Positions 46,685-57,000 of a stretch of DNA of 64,000 bases are shown piece after piece. Numbering within the stretch: the stretch's first letter is position 1; each line of letters begins with the position of its first letter. The stretch is from a bacterium (GTDB lineage: Bacteria; Bacillota_I; Bacilli_A; RF39; UBA660), in assembly GCA_029099845.1 (NCBI GenBank), contig JAQXOT010000024.1, positions 5,729 through 69,728 of the forward strand, in the 5' to 3' direction. Below the pieces are notes generated by a model. It saw only the letters and a list, made by a program, of their open reading frames with translations, did no database searches and was not told where the DNA came from. A program made the translations under genes and the position numbers.

Positions 46685-47380
46685 CTAACCATTTAAATTA
46701 ACTAATGTCCGTAATCTTTTAATAACCTTCTTCTCAATTCTTGAAATATATGATTGCGAAATTCCTAACTTTTCAGCTACTTCTTTTTGAGTAAGTTCCT
46801 CATGACCCATTAATCCATAGCGTAAAATCATAATATCACGATCTCTTGGTCTAAGGCGCATAACCTCATTAATCATTAAAGTCTTTTCTGTATCTTCTTC
46901 AATTCCCCTTGTAACTATATCTGGATCAGTCCCCAAAACATCCTCTAAATGTAATTCATTTCCCTCCCCGTCAAATGATAACGAGGCATCAATGCTAACC
47001 TCTGTCTTTATTTTTTTATTCTTTCTTAAATACATAAGAATTTCATTATCAATACATCTAGAGGCATAAGTAGCTAACTTAATATTTTTATCTCGACTAA
47101 AAGTATTAATCCCTTTAATCAACCCAATTGTACCAATACTGACTAAATCTTCTAAATCAACCCCAGTATTTTCATATTTTTTTGCAAGAAAAACTACTAA
47201 ACGTAGATTATGCTCAATAAGTATATCTTTAGCTTTTAAATCACCATCATCCTTCAGCTGAACATAATATTCTTCCATCTCTTTAGATAACGGTTCAGGA
47301 AGCATATCCGTTGCTCCAACATAAAAAATAGACGTTACTCTTACAAATAAATTCTTAATAAATTGAAATATCCTTCTCAT
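46685..47380 (-). CDS. sigE: sporulation sigma factor SigE (pro-sigma-E)
   Basis: Pro-sequence then LPEPLSKEMEEYY, LIEHNLRLVVFLAKKYENTG, SIGTIGLIKGINTF, KLATYASRCIDNEILMYLRK and QSYISRIEKKVIKRLR; overlaps the spoIIGA stop (ATGA). Confidence 0.85.
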   Translation of the reverse strand: MRRIFQFIKNLFVRVTSIFYVGATDMLPEPLSKEMEEYYVQLKDDGDLKAKDILIEHNLRLVVFLAKKYENTGVDLEDLVSIGTIGLIKGINTFSRDKNIKLATYASRCIDNEILMYLRKNKKIKTEVSIDASLSFDGEGNELHLEDVLGTDPDIVTRGIEEDTEKTLMINEVMRLRPRDRDIMILRYGLMGHEELTQKEVAEKLGISQSYISRIEKKVIKRLRTLVNLNG

Positions 47381-48147
47381 AAATCCTCCTTAAATTTATT
47401 TGGTAATATACAATCAATATCATTAAGTTTAATTTCATCTCTACTAACACCAATCAAACAATTATTAAAACTTTTCCCATTTATCATTACTAGATTAGGC
47501 TTATAACACTTAATTATTCCCGTCGTATTAAGTGCTTTATATGGAACAAAAACAAAATCATGCCCAAGTAAATTAATATTATTATTAACTAAAATAACAG
47601 CTCTTTTTCTATAAGGATCAACTAATTGATTACCAGTATCTATCATCCCCTTCAATTTATATTTTTCTTTTCCAATTTTTATTACAACCTCATAAATATT
47701 TCCATAAGTATTCTTATAAATAATCGTTTGTCTAACATAACAAAATAAAATAATTGGGCTCGCAATCAACATCAAAATAAAATTAATTGAAAGACCATTA
47801 TTAACAAATAAAATACCCTTATTTTCATAATTAAAACTAATATTAAGTAAATATAAACTACCACCTAATATAATACTCACTAAATAAAAATAACTAATAT
47901 TTTTAAGAAATCCTCTCTTCCCAAAAGTAACTAATATTATCAAAATACTTAATCCAAATTTTAATAAAAATAATGAAATAGAATTAAGTTCAATAAATAA
48001 TAAAAATACTGAAGTAGCAGCCACTAAACTACCTAATAATAATCGTCCCAACCGCACTACATTTTTTAATATTTTGCTAGTTCCATATAGTAATATAAAA
48101 TCAAAGAAAAAATTAAGTAAAAATACTAAATCTAAATATATCTTCAT
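47377..48147 (-). CDS. spoIIGA: sigma-E processing peptidase SpoIIGA
   Basis: ATG 48147 after GGTGA; MKIYLDLVFLLNFFFDFILLYGT N-terminus, five TM helices, aspartic protease motif GMIDTGNQLVDP. Confidence 0.8.
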   Translation of the reverse strand: MKIYLDLVFLLNFFFDFILLYGTSKILKNVVRLGRLLLGSLVAATSVFLLFIELNSISLFLLKFGLSILIILVTFGKRGFLKNISYFYLVSIILGGSLYLLNISFNYENKGILFVNNGLSINFILMLIASPIILFCYVRQTIIYKNTYGNIYEVVIKIGKEKYKLKGMIDTGNQLVDPYRKRAVILVNNNINLLGHDFVFVPYKALNTTGIIKCYKPNLVMINGKSFNNCLIGVSRDEIKLNDIDCILPNKFKEDL

Positions 48148-48173
48148 ATATATCACCAGTAATACTATACAAA

Positions 48174-48198
48174 TAAAAAAACGACTTATCTGTCGTTT
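48174..48198 (-). terminator. terminator-like hairpin directly upstream of spoIIGA
   Basis: Minus strand AACGAC-AGATAA-GTCGTT followed by TTTTTTT; ends 26 nt before the spoIIGA ATG. Confidence 0.45.
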
Positions 48199-48207
48199 TA
48201 GGTATTA

Positions 48208-48522
48208 TTAAATCTTTTTTTTCTTAATAAAAATTTTTACTATATATGATAAAAATATTATCATAATAATTACAAAACACCAATCCAATACTGTACTAAC
48301 AATACCATCAGTATATTTATGAATAATATGCATAATACTTTCTGGCAAATACTTACCAATTATATAGCTTATATCATTTACTCCAATATTATTTTTAATA
48401 AAAGTCATTATTCTTAAAAAGATATCAATAATTGCCATAAAAAAGACAAAAGATGAAAATCTTTTAAAAAACATAACAACAACTAATATCAAAATAATTA
48501 AAACTATTAAATCTATATACAT
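48208..48522 (-). CDS. hypothetical small membrane protein
   Basis: 104 aa with three hydrophobic spans and a lysine-rich C-terminus. Confidence 0.5.
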   Translation of the reverse strand: MYIDLIVLIILILVVVMFFKRFSSFVFFMAIIDIFLRIMTFIKNNIGVNDISYIIGKYLPESIMHIIHKYTDGIVSTVLDWCFVIIMIIFLSYIVKIFIKKKKI

Positions 48523-48587
48523 ATGCTACACCTTACCTTATAGATAAGAATATATCACAAATAAAAAATATTTTCCAGCCTAATTTT

Positions 48588-49301
48588 TTATTCAAAAGAA
48601 TCAAGTGCTTTAACATTTTCATTTTTAGTATATATATTAAGCGTATTATTAGCATAAGTAGCCAGTAAAATATCTTCATAGGAAGTATAGCCTCTATGCT
48701 TTAATTCTCTAACAAACCATTCATATGAATGATCAGTATTTTTTATATTATTTTTCATAATTTTAGAATCAATTATAATATTAGCCACTAACGAGCTTTT
48801 TTCAAGTTTTACATTCAAATCTTTTTTAGTAGTTGGTGTTGCCTTAGCTGTTGGTAAAAAGCTTATTTTACCATTTACTTCCATAATAGCATAAGCAATA
48901 TCACTAATATCAAAATATCCCTCATTACGAGCCTGTTCCAGCAAATCATTAATATCAATATTTACTTTTCTTAAAGCTTCACAAAGTATTTTTCCATCTT
49001 GAATAATAATAGTTGGTACACCTATTAAAAAGCGTCTTAATGTAATACTTTTCATAGTTAAATAAGAAATTAAGTAACCAATAACCCCAAAAGTTAAAAT
49101 TGCAACTGCTCCATTTATTATTTGGTTTTCTAAAACAAGAATCATTTCAGCAGAAAAATTACCAATTGATATGCCAATGACATAATCAAATAAACTAAGC
49201 TGAGAGACTTGTTTCTTACCTAGCATTTTTGTTGCTATAAAAAGAACAATCAAACTAAATATACTTCTAGGAATAATACTTAAAGCTTCCATAATATCCA
49301 T
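48588..49301 (-). CDS. DUF421 (YetF-like) membrane protein
   Basis: Start at MDIMEAL (GGTGAT RBS); LGKKQVSQLSLFDYVIGISIGNF signature of DUF421, C-terminal soluble domain. Confidence 0.7.
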   Translation of the reverse strand: MDIMEALSIIPRSIFSLIVLFIATKMLGKKQVSQLSLFDYVIGISIGNFSAEMILVLENQIINGAVAILTFGVIGYLISYLTMKSITLRRFLIGVPTIIIQDGKILCEALRKVNIDINDLLEQARNEGYFDISDIAYAIMEVNGKISFLPTAKATPTTKKDLNVKLEKSSLVANIIIDSKIMKNNIKNTDHSYEWFVRELKHRGYTSYEDILLATYANNTLNIYTKNENVKALDSFE

Positions 49302-49367
49302 ATAATCACCAATATTAGTATTCCTACATATTAGATTTATATACAAAATAAACTGCTAAAAAGCAGT

Positions 49368-50348
49368 TTATTTATCTCCTTCTTCTAACATGGTCGTTAT
49401 AAATATACCATATCCTTTAGTTGTATCATTAACAATAACATAGTTAACAGCACCAATTAGTTTATTATTTTGAATAATTGGTGACCCACTCATTCCCTGC
49501 ACTATTCCTCCAGTTTTTTCTATTAAGTCTTGATCAACCACTTCAAATAATATATTCTTGCTTTTACTACTAGTATCAATATGCAATATGTTAATAGCAA
49601 ACTCCTCAACAGTATTTCCCATAACAACCGTTCTAATAGCCGCTTTACCAGTTTTAATTTCGTTTGCATCAGCCACTTCAATCGTTGCACTATCATCTAA
49701 ATCCTTAGAATAAGTTCCAAAAATTCCTGGTACCTCATTAGAATTAATTATTCCCCAAATCTTTGTTTTATCATACACTGCATTTTTCTCACCTGCTTTT
49801 CCATTTTGGCTTTTAATAATTTTTGATACATTAGCCTCATAAATAATACCATCTTTTATTTCAAATTTCGAAATAGTTGCATTTTCAATAATCTCATGTC
49901 CGAGGGCTCCAAAAACTTTGCTTTCTGGATCAATATATGTTAATGTTCCAATTCCATTAATTTTATCTTTAACATATAAACCAGTTTTTAAAACATTACT
50001 ATCATCAACAAATTCTAAATTAATATCAAGTTGAGTATTATCCCTTTCCACTTTAAATTTAATTGGTAAAGTAGTCTTATTAATTAAGCTAACCATTTCT
50101 TCAATATTATGAACTAATGTATCATTAACTTCAACAATTATATCTCCAACTTCAAAGCCAGCATCACGTCCAATATATCGATCATTTACTTTGTAAAAGC
50201 CAACAACCAAAACACCCTTAGAATTAACCTCAATCCCAATAGTTTCTCCACCAGGTATTACATAGTTTGAATAAGCAAAGCAATTAACGGGAATAATAGT
50301 AAGAAGAAGAATTAGTAAAAAAATTTGTAGTTTGCTTTTAAATTTCAA
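49368..50348 (-). CDS. spoIVB: SpoIVB peptidase (S55 family)
   Basis: TTG 50348 after GAGGTGA; signal-anchor, PDZ region (GFEVGDIIVEVND), catalytic GIVQGMSGSPII serine motif. Confidence 0.85.
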   Translation of the reverse strand: MKFKSKLQIFLLILLLTIIPVNCFAYSNYVIPGGETIGIEVNSKGVLVVGFYKVNDRYIGRDAGFEVGDIIVEVNDTLVHNIEEMVSLINKTTLPIKFKVERDNTQLDINLEFVDDSNVLKTGLYVKDKINGIGTLTYIDPESKVFGALGHEIIENATISKFEIKDGIIYEANVSKIIKSQNGKAGEKNAVYDKTKIWGIINSNEVPGIFGTYSKDLDDSATIEVADANEIKTGKAAIRTVVMGNTVEEFAINILHIDTSSKSKNILFEVVDQDLIEKTGGIVQGMSGSPIIQNNKLIGAVNYVIVNDTTKGYGIFITTMLEEGDK

Positions 50349-50456
50349 AAAAATCACCTCGCTCAAACAATCTACATTTATAGTTTTAGCCAAGAAAAAA
50401 AAATTATATTATCAAAAAATTGCCAAAAAAAGAGCGATGTTTAATCGCTCAAATTT

Positions 50457-51860
50457 TTAATTAAATTTTCTATTTTTTAATGTAAATCCTAAGCCAGCTC
50501 CACCAATTAAAAGTGTTCCAAGAATAAAAATTAAATTAATGTCTGAAGTGCCAGGATTAACTTTTTGTTGTACTTTTGAAAGTTTTAAATATACAGTAGC
50601 ATCTTGATCAAAAGCCTTTGTAAAATCAAATTCTGCTTTTAAATCTTCATCAGCATAGAAGCCATCAAAAGTAACATCACTATTTTCTAATTCAGCTTCC
50701 AACATTTCTTTTAAATATTCTACTTCTTCATCAGTTAAAGCTGCACCCTTTGGTACTTCAACAGTTTCTTTATAATCATCTGCAATAAATGTCAAAATAA
50801 CTGGTTCAGCAACAACAAATGTTCCATCTTCGTTTTCAAATACCTTATAACCATCTGGAACATTTCCTTCACTAGGAGCAGTAGTATAAGTACCACCAGC
50901 AGCAAGAACATCAGCTGTATCGTCTGACTTAATTTCTCCGTCAATAACACCTTTTGTTATTTTAACAACACCTTCATGTTCAGCAACTACATCACCAGTA
51001 ATTTTTCCTCCATTAATTGCAACCTCTGGAGCAGTATTTACAGTATAATCAGTATCTTTGCTAGCATAGATATTACCATTAATTGTTCCACCAGTAATTT
51101 CAGTTGTAGGAGCAGTATAGCCATCAGACCAACTATATGTAGAGATAGCCTTTGCACCTTCTACAGCATTTAGTACGCCACCAGTAAGTTCAAATGTACC
51201 CCAGTTTTGTACAGCACTTCCTTTTTCAGCTTTTGTAGAAATTGTTCCACCAGATACCTTTAAAACTCCGTCATCATCATTTTTAACAACGATGAAATTG
51301 TTTTCAAAAGTTCCATCTTCAATAACAAGTGTAGCACCTAGATTTCTAATTAAAGAACTAAATCCTGATGTATTAACTACTTTACCACCTTTAAATGTTA
51401 AAGAAGCACTTGTTCCGTTATTATCGATAACATACCAAGAATTTCCACCATTGCCCTCTCTTGTTCCAGCTTCGTTAGAGCGAGTAAAAGTACCGTCTAA
51501 AACAACAGCTGTACCCTTATTGACCAAGGCACCTTTTCCATGAGTAAGATTATCAACAGTACCAGAACCAGTAATTGTTAATTTTCCTTCATTAACAATT
51601 GTATGATTAGAAACATTTTTTAAAGTATATGTTCCTAAATCAAGAGTAATATCCTTGCTACTAGCAACAGTTATATCTTCTGCGGTATCTGCTACTAATT
51701 CAACAACATCACCAACATTTGCTGCATCAATTGCACTTTGCAATGTAGAGTATTCATCATCGCCAATCTTTGCAACCGTGGCTGGAGCAGCTTTAACATT
51801 TGGAACAAGTAATGTAAGAACTGCAAAAGCCATTACAAAAAATAACACTTTCCTTTTCAT
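50457..51860 (-). CDS. cell-wall-anchored surface protein (beta-helix-like repeats), candidate sortase B substrate
   Basis: Start at MKRKVLFF (signal peptide ..VPNVKA/AP). Repetitive G/T/N-rich beta-strand pattern. C-terminal sorting signal NPGTS, then hydrophobic LIFILGTLLIGGAGLGFTL and the tail KNRKFN. Confidence 0.7.
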   Translation of the reverse strand: MKRKVLFFVMAFAVLTLLVPNVKAAPATVAKIGDDEYSTLQSAIDAANVGDVVELVADTAEDITVASSKDITLDLGTYTLKNVSNHTIVNEGKLTITGSGTVDNLTHGKGALVNKGTAVVLDGTFTRSNEAGTREGNGGNSWYVIDNNGTSASLTFKGGKVVNTSGFSSLIRNLGATLVIEDGTFENNFIVVKNDDDGVLKVSGGTISTKAEKGSAVQNWGTFELTGGVLNAVEGAKAISTYSWSDGYTAPTTEITGGTINGNIYASKDTDYTVNTAPEVAINGGKITGDVVAEHEGVVKITKGVIDGEIKSDDTADVLAAGGTYTTAPSEGNVPDGYKVFENEDGTFVVAEPVILTFIADDYKETVEVPKGAALTDEEVEYLKEMLEAELENSDVTFDGFYADEDLKAEFDFTKAFDQDATVYLKLSKVQQKVNPGTSDINLIFILGTLLIGGAGLGFTLKNRKFN

Positions 51861-51903
51861 TTTTCTCCATCCTTTCATATAATATGTCATACCTGACAAT
51901 ATC

Positions 51904-51932
51904 AATATAGCACAAAAATAATTGTAATACAA
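51904..51932 (-). promoter_or_regulatory. promoter candidate for the surface protein gene
   Basis: Minus strand TTGTAT (51932-51927), 17 nt, TGCTATATT (TATATT 51909-51904; extended -10). Confidence 0.45.
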
Positions 51933-51974
51933 TGAATTATCCTAAAAAAAAAGTAAAGAATGTCTAGTTAAATC

Positions 51975-52003
51975 TTGTTATCAAAAATAAGAAATGCTAC
52001 AAT
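51975..52003 (+). promoter_or_regulatory. promoter candidate for the sortase gene
   Basis: TTGTTA (51975-51980), 17 nt, TGCTACAAT (TACAAT 51998-52003; extended -10). Confidence 0.55.
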
Positions 52004-52036
52004 TAAACTACACTAAATACGATAGTGAGGTATTTT

Positions 52037-52900
52037 ATGGAAACAAACAATCAACAAAAAATGACTAGAGAAGAATATCATAAAATTAAAAAAAGAAAAC
52101 GTCTCCGCCCTTGGGCATTTTGGCTCTTTACTACATTCTTTCTTATTGCTATATTAATTTCAATATTAATTTTATATAATTGGGGAAAAGATAATCAAAA
52201 AACTAATAAATTAAATGAAGAAATTTCAAAGCTTGTTGAGATCACCCCAATTCAAGAGGAAGGTGAATTAATAAATCCCCCTGAAGATAAAAAAAGTGAT
52301 TATTGGTACTTTGTAGAACAACCATTTTATAATATTGATTTTTCGGAATTGCAAAGAAAAAATGATGATACTGTTGCCTTTATTCACATGGAAAACACTA
52401 ATATAAACTACCCTATCGTACAAACTACCAATAATGAATACTATTTAACTCATGCTTTTGATAAAAGCTACAACAATGCTGGCTGGGTTTTTATGGACTA
52501 TGAAAACTTAGTAAATTTTCAATCTGACAATACTGTAATTTATGGTCACGGTCGATTAGATAAAACCGTTTTTGGTTCCTTAAAAAATACCCTATCATCA
52601 AAATGGCAAGAAAATATTGAAAACTATGCCATTTGGATTTCTACTCCAAACGAAAATATGGTTTATCAAATCTTTTCAATTTATACAATAGATAGTGAAA
52701 GTTACTACATAAAAACTGATTTTTCCTCAAATAAAGAAAAAGAAGAATGGTTAAAAACTATGAAAAGTCGTAATACCGCCAGTCAAACAGCCGATGTTGA
52801 TGTCAATGATAAAATTCTAACTTTATCAACTTGCTTAAATAACAATGGTGGTCGTATAGTGGTCCAAGCTAAACTAATTAAAATACAAAAACGTCAATAA
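52037..52900 (+). CDS. srtB: class B sortase
   Basis: ATG 52037 after GTGAGG; N-terminal TM, NDDTVAFIHMENTNINYPIVQTTNNEYYLTHAF (class B hallmark), catalytic TLSTC and a downstream R. Confidence 0.85.
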   Translation: METNNQQKMTREEYHKIKKRKRLRPWAFWLFTTFFLIAILISILILYNWGKDNQKTNKLNEEISKLVEITPIQEEGELINPPEDKKSDYWYFVEQPFYNIDFSELQRKNDDTVAFIHMENTNINYPIVQTTNNEYYLTHAFDKSYNNAGWVFMDYENLVNFQSDNTVIYGHGRLDKTVFGSLKNTLSSKWQENIENYAIWISTPNENMVYQIFSIYTIDSESYYIKTDFSSNKEKEEWLKTMKSRNTASQTADVDVNDKILTLSTCLNNNGGRIVVQAKLIKIQKRQ

Positions 52901-52925
52901 ATATCAAAACTTGACGTTTTTTTTG
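52889..52925 (+). terminator. rho-independent terminator
   Basis: AACGTCAA / TTGACGTT stem (includes the stop codon) followed by TTTTTTT. Confidence 0.6.
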
Positions 52926-52950
52926 ACAAATAAAATTATTATAGTATAAT
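52923..52950 (+). promoter_or_regulatory. near-consensus sigma-A promoter
   Basis: TTGACA (52923-52928), 16 nt, TATAAT (52945-52950), 17 nt upstream of ATG 52968. Confidence 0.65.
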
Positions 52951-52967
52951 GAAAATAGGTGATAAGA

Positions 52968-53669
52968 ATGGAAAATAAAGATACTTACGGAAGATCTCAA
53001 ACTAGTGAAAGGTTTAAAACCATAGACCAAAACGGCGAAATGCCAAGAGTAAGATCTAATCAAAGCTACAATGAAAAGCAAATGCGTTCTAGAAGTACTT
53101 CTGGAAAATATAGTAGTAATACTAGACAAAAAGCAAAAGTCTCAAAAAAATGGCATCGAACTGCTATTGCGGTTACCATCGCAACCTCTATGTTTGTAGG
53201 TGGTTATCTTTCAAAACCCCTAGATGATGCAATTGACTATGTTACAAATTGGGCAAGACTAAAAGAAATGACAAGTTCTTTCGAAGATAATGTTATCAAC
53301 AAAAATATTTATAAAACATATACGCAAGATACCAGTTTAAATTATCAAAATGTTGCCAAGGCTATTGAAGCAGATGGCAAATTTACCAATCAAGAGTTGC
53401 TAATGGCTGTTGATACCATTGGAGAAGTCCAAACAAATGCTGTATTGCAAGCTTCTACTAACCCACCCGCTGAAAACGTTGAAACCTACATGCGAAACAA
53501 TAATATTTCTGATTTAAAAGATTGGAAAGACAAAACCATTAAAGCAATGGCTGCATCAGAACGAGTAAATGAAGCTCAAGATGAATTAGATGCCATCTTT
53601 AGAGATGAAGCAATAAATAATCAGTCATCTCAAGACTATACAGATGACACAACATACGGAGGTAAATAA
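52968..53669 (+). CDS. hypothetical single-pass membrane protein
   Basis: Basic, S/R/K-rich N-terminal ~60 aa, one TM (TAIAVTIATSMFVGGYL), ~150-aa C-terminal domain; no family recognised. Confidence 0.55.
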   Translation: MENKDTYGRSQTSERFKTIDQNGEMPRVRSNQSYNEKQMRSRSTSGKYSSNTRQKAKVSKKWHRTAIAVTIATSMFVGGYLSKPLDDAIDYVTNWARLKEMTSSFEDNVINKNIYKTYTQDTSLNYQNVAKAIEADGKFTNQELLMAVDTIGEVQTNAVLQASTNPPAENVETYMRNNNISDLKDWKDKTIKAMAASERVNEAQDELDAIFRDEAINNQSSQDYTDDTTYGGK

Positions 53670-53878
53670 TGGAAATCGAATACGTAATTATTGATGATAA
53701 AAGATTTGGCATAATAAATGAAATAACAAATGAAAATACAACTTATGTTTTCCTTGCCAACCTAGAAGATCCAACAGAACAATTAATTAGAAAATACACA
53801 AAAGAAAATCAAGAAGACTTAATACCTCTAGAAAATGATGCAGAATTTGATTTTGCTTTAAGTTTATTCAATGAATAA
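53669..53878 (+). CDS. hypothetical small acidic protein
   Basis: ATG overlaps the upstream stop (TAATG); 69 aa; no motif recognised. Confidence 0.45.
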   Translation: MEIEYVIIDDKRFGIINEITNENTTYVFLANLEDPTEQLIRKYTKENQEDLIPLENDAEFDFALSLFNE

Positions 53879-53888
53879 ATACAAAAAT

Positions 53889-53926
53889 TAAAACCTCAGT
53901 TCTCATTTAAAAACTGAGGTTTTATA
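53889..53926 (+). terminator. rho-independent terminator
   Basis: AAACCTCAGT / ACTGAGGTTT stem followed by TTAT. Confidence 0.65.
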
Positions 53927-53954
53927 TTGAAAAAATATCAATCAATATTTAAAC

Positions 53955-53987
53955 ACATAAAAAGGATTGTAGTTTCTACAATCCTTT
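53955..53987 (-). terminator. rho-independent terminator of the giant adhesin gene
   Basis: AAAGGATTGTAG / CTACAATCCTTT stem; on the minus strand followed by TTTTAT. Confidence 0.6.
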
Positions 53988-54000
53988 AATTAATTAAATA

Positions 54001-57000
54001 TTAATTACGTACTTTACTAAGTCTTAAAGAAATAGCTGCAGTTAAAGTAATTAATAATGATATAACTAATTCCATAATATAAGAATTATTATCTTTGTAT
54101 TCAATTACAATACCAGTATTTGGAGGAGTAATTTCTCCTATTGCCTTATATGAATTAGTTATAGTATATCCATCATAGAATGTAATATAGTCTGGAACTT
54201 CTTTTTCAACTATTTCATACAATATTTCTACACCATTTAAATATTTATCATAATTATCAAGTGTATAGCTCCAATTCATATCTTCCGTAACTTCAATTTC
54301 TTCAGTAACTACAACTTCATCTTCAACTTTTCCTGTTAAAACAACGGTAATAGATGTAGGACGTTTTCCTTGTTCATTATTAGAATCATCCCATACCTTA
54401 TTGATAGTAATTTCCTTTTTCTCATTTTCATGAGTATTAGTAATAACTACTTCCGTAACATTAGTATTAGTTTGTAAAACAGATTGAGTAATTGTTGTTG
54501 TATAGCCTTTTACTTCATCTTCAACGATTTGATAAACAATTGTAATACCACCATCACGATATTTTGGTAAATTTTCAAATGAATATGTCCAATCGTCGTC
54601 TTCACCAATTACTTGACTAGCAATTTCAATACCATCTTGTATTAAACGAACAGTAATAGACTCTGGTCTAATATTATCGTTATTATCTTGATCATTCCAT
54701 ACTTTTGAAACTGTATAAGAAACAGTCTCTGGAGTATGATGATTAACAACATCAAAGCCTGTAATTTCTGTTGTATAACCTTCGACTGATACTTCTTCTA
54801 CTGTATAAGTAATTTCAACACCATTGGCATACTTAACTACATTTTCAAACTTAAAAGTCCAATTGCTATCAGCAGTTACTTCTGTTGTTGCAACAACTTC
54901 ACCATTAGCCAATAAATTAATTGTAATACTATCTGGTCTTATACCATCTTGATCAAGATTATCAGACCACGTTTTTGTGCCAGAAATAACTAATGTCTCT
55001 GGATTATAAGTATTAATTATATTATATCCATTAACAGCCTTATCATAATCTCTAACATCATCTTCATCAACTGTATATACTACTAAAATTCCTTCTCTAT
55101 ATTCAGGTAAATCAGTAAATTCATATTTCCAGTCATCAGCTTCTGTTACTTCCTTACTTTCTGAAACAACTACTTTCTCACCTATTTTACCTGTTAATGT
55201 TACCGTAATAGACTCTGGTCTACCATATTTATTCTCAGTATCAACCCATGTCTTAGTACCACTAACAGTTACATTTTTTGGACTATGAGTATTTACAATT
55301 ATAAACTTATTATCCTTATCAGTAGACATTTCATAATGTTCTACCTCATCTTCTATAACTGTATAATTAATCTCTTTTCCTTCTTTATATTTAGGTAAAT
55401 CATTAAAGGTATATTGCCAATTATTATCAGCGCTTACCTTAACAAAACCTACTTCTTCTAAATCAGCTAATAATCTAACTGTAATACTATCTGGTCTTAA
55501 ACCATCGATATTATTATCATCAACCCATACTTTTTCACCATTAATTGAAATCGTTATAGGCGTATGTTTATTTGTAATATTCATACCATCAACAGTTCCC
55601 GTATAACCATCAACGCTATCTTCTTTTAACGTATAAACAATCTCTTGACCATTAGCATATTTTGGAACATCAGTAAATACATACTTCCATTCAGTATCTG
55701 CTGTTACAACCTTAGACAAAACTTCTTCATTATTAGCCAATAATCTAACAGTTATTGTCGTAGGTCTCATTCCATCTTGATTATTATTGTCATCCCATGT
55801 TTTTACTCCACTAACTTCAATAAGCTCAGGAACATGAGTATTTATAAGATCAAAACCATTAACTGAAGTCTCATAACCAGAAACCTCTTCTTCAGAAATC
55901 GTATAAACAATTTTCTTACCAGCTGCAAATTCTGGTAAATTAGCAAAAGTATATGCCCAACCATCAGTTTCACTAACTGACTTACTATCAACTTCTTTTC
56001 CATCGGCAAGTAATTTAACTAAAATTTCATTAGGTCTTATACCATCTTGATTATTACTATCAACCCATGTTTTTTTACCAGAAACTTCTGTTGTTCCAGG
56101 AGTATGAGTATTAGTAATATCATAGCCATCAATTGTCGTATCATAACCAGCTACCGCATTTTCTGTTACAGTATAATTAATTATTTGACCACCATCACGA
56201 TATTTATCTAAATCAGTAAATGTATATTCCCAGTCATCAGCAGCGGTTACATCTGTTGATTTAATTAGCTCTCCATCTCTTAATAAGTTTACTATTATCT
56301 TATCTGGTCTTATACCATCTTGATTGTTACTATCAGCCCATGTTTTTTTACCAGACACTGTAGTTACTTCTGGTATATAAGTATTAATAATATCATAACC
56401 AGAAACTTCTGTAGTATAACCACTAACAGTTTCTTCTGAAACAGTATATTTAATTTCTTTACCATTAGCATATCTATCCAAATTGGTAAACGTATACTTC
56501 CAATCATTTTCTGCTGTTACAGCTATAGATTGCTTTTTAACGCCATCAGCCAATAAATTAACTGTAATACTTTCAGGTCTTTTGCCATCTTGATCATTAT
56601 TATCTTTCCAAGTCTTCATTCCTGATACTTCTGTAACTTCAGGAGTGTGTGTATTGGTAATCGTCATACCATCTACTTTAGAAGTATAATCTTTAACAGC
56701 TTCTTCTGAAACAGTATAAACTACTTCCGCACCATTCTTATACTTATCAAGATTTTTAAACTCATATTTCCAGCCATCTAAAGCTGATACTTCAACAGTA
56801 TTAACAACACTACCATTAGCTAATAAATTAACTACAATACTTGAAGGACGTGCCCCATCTTGATTATTATTGTCCTCCCAAATCTTTACAAAAGAAAGAT
56901 CAATTTTTTCTATTTCATGAGTATTAGTAATGTTATAACCAGAAACCTCTGTAGTATAACCAGCAACACTATCTTCTTTAACTGTATAATTAATCTCATG

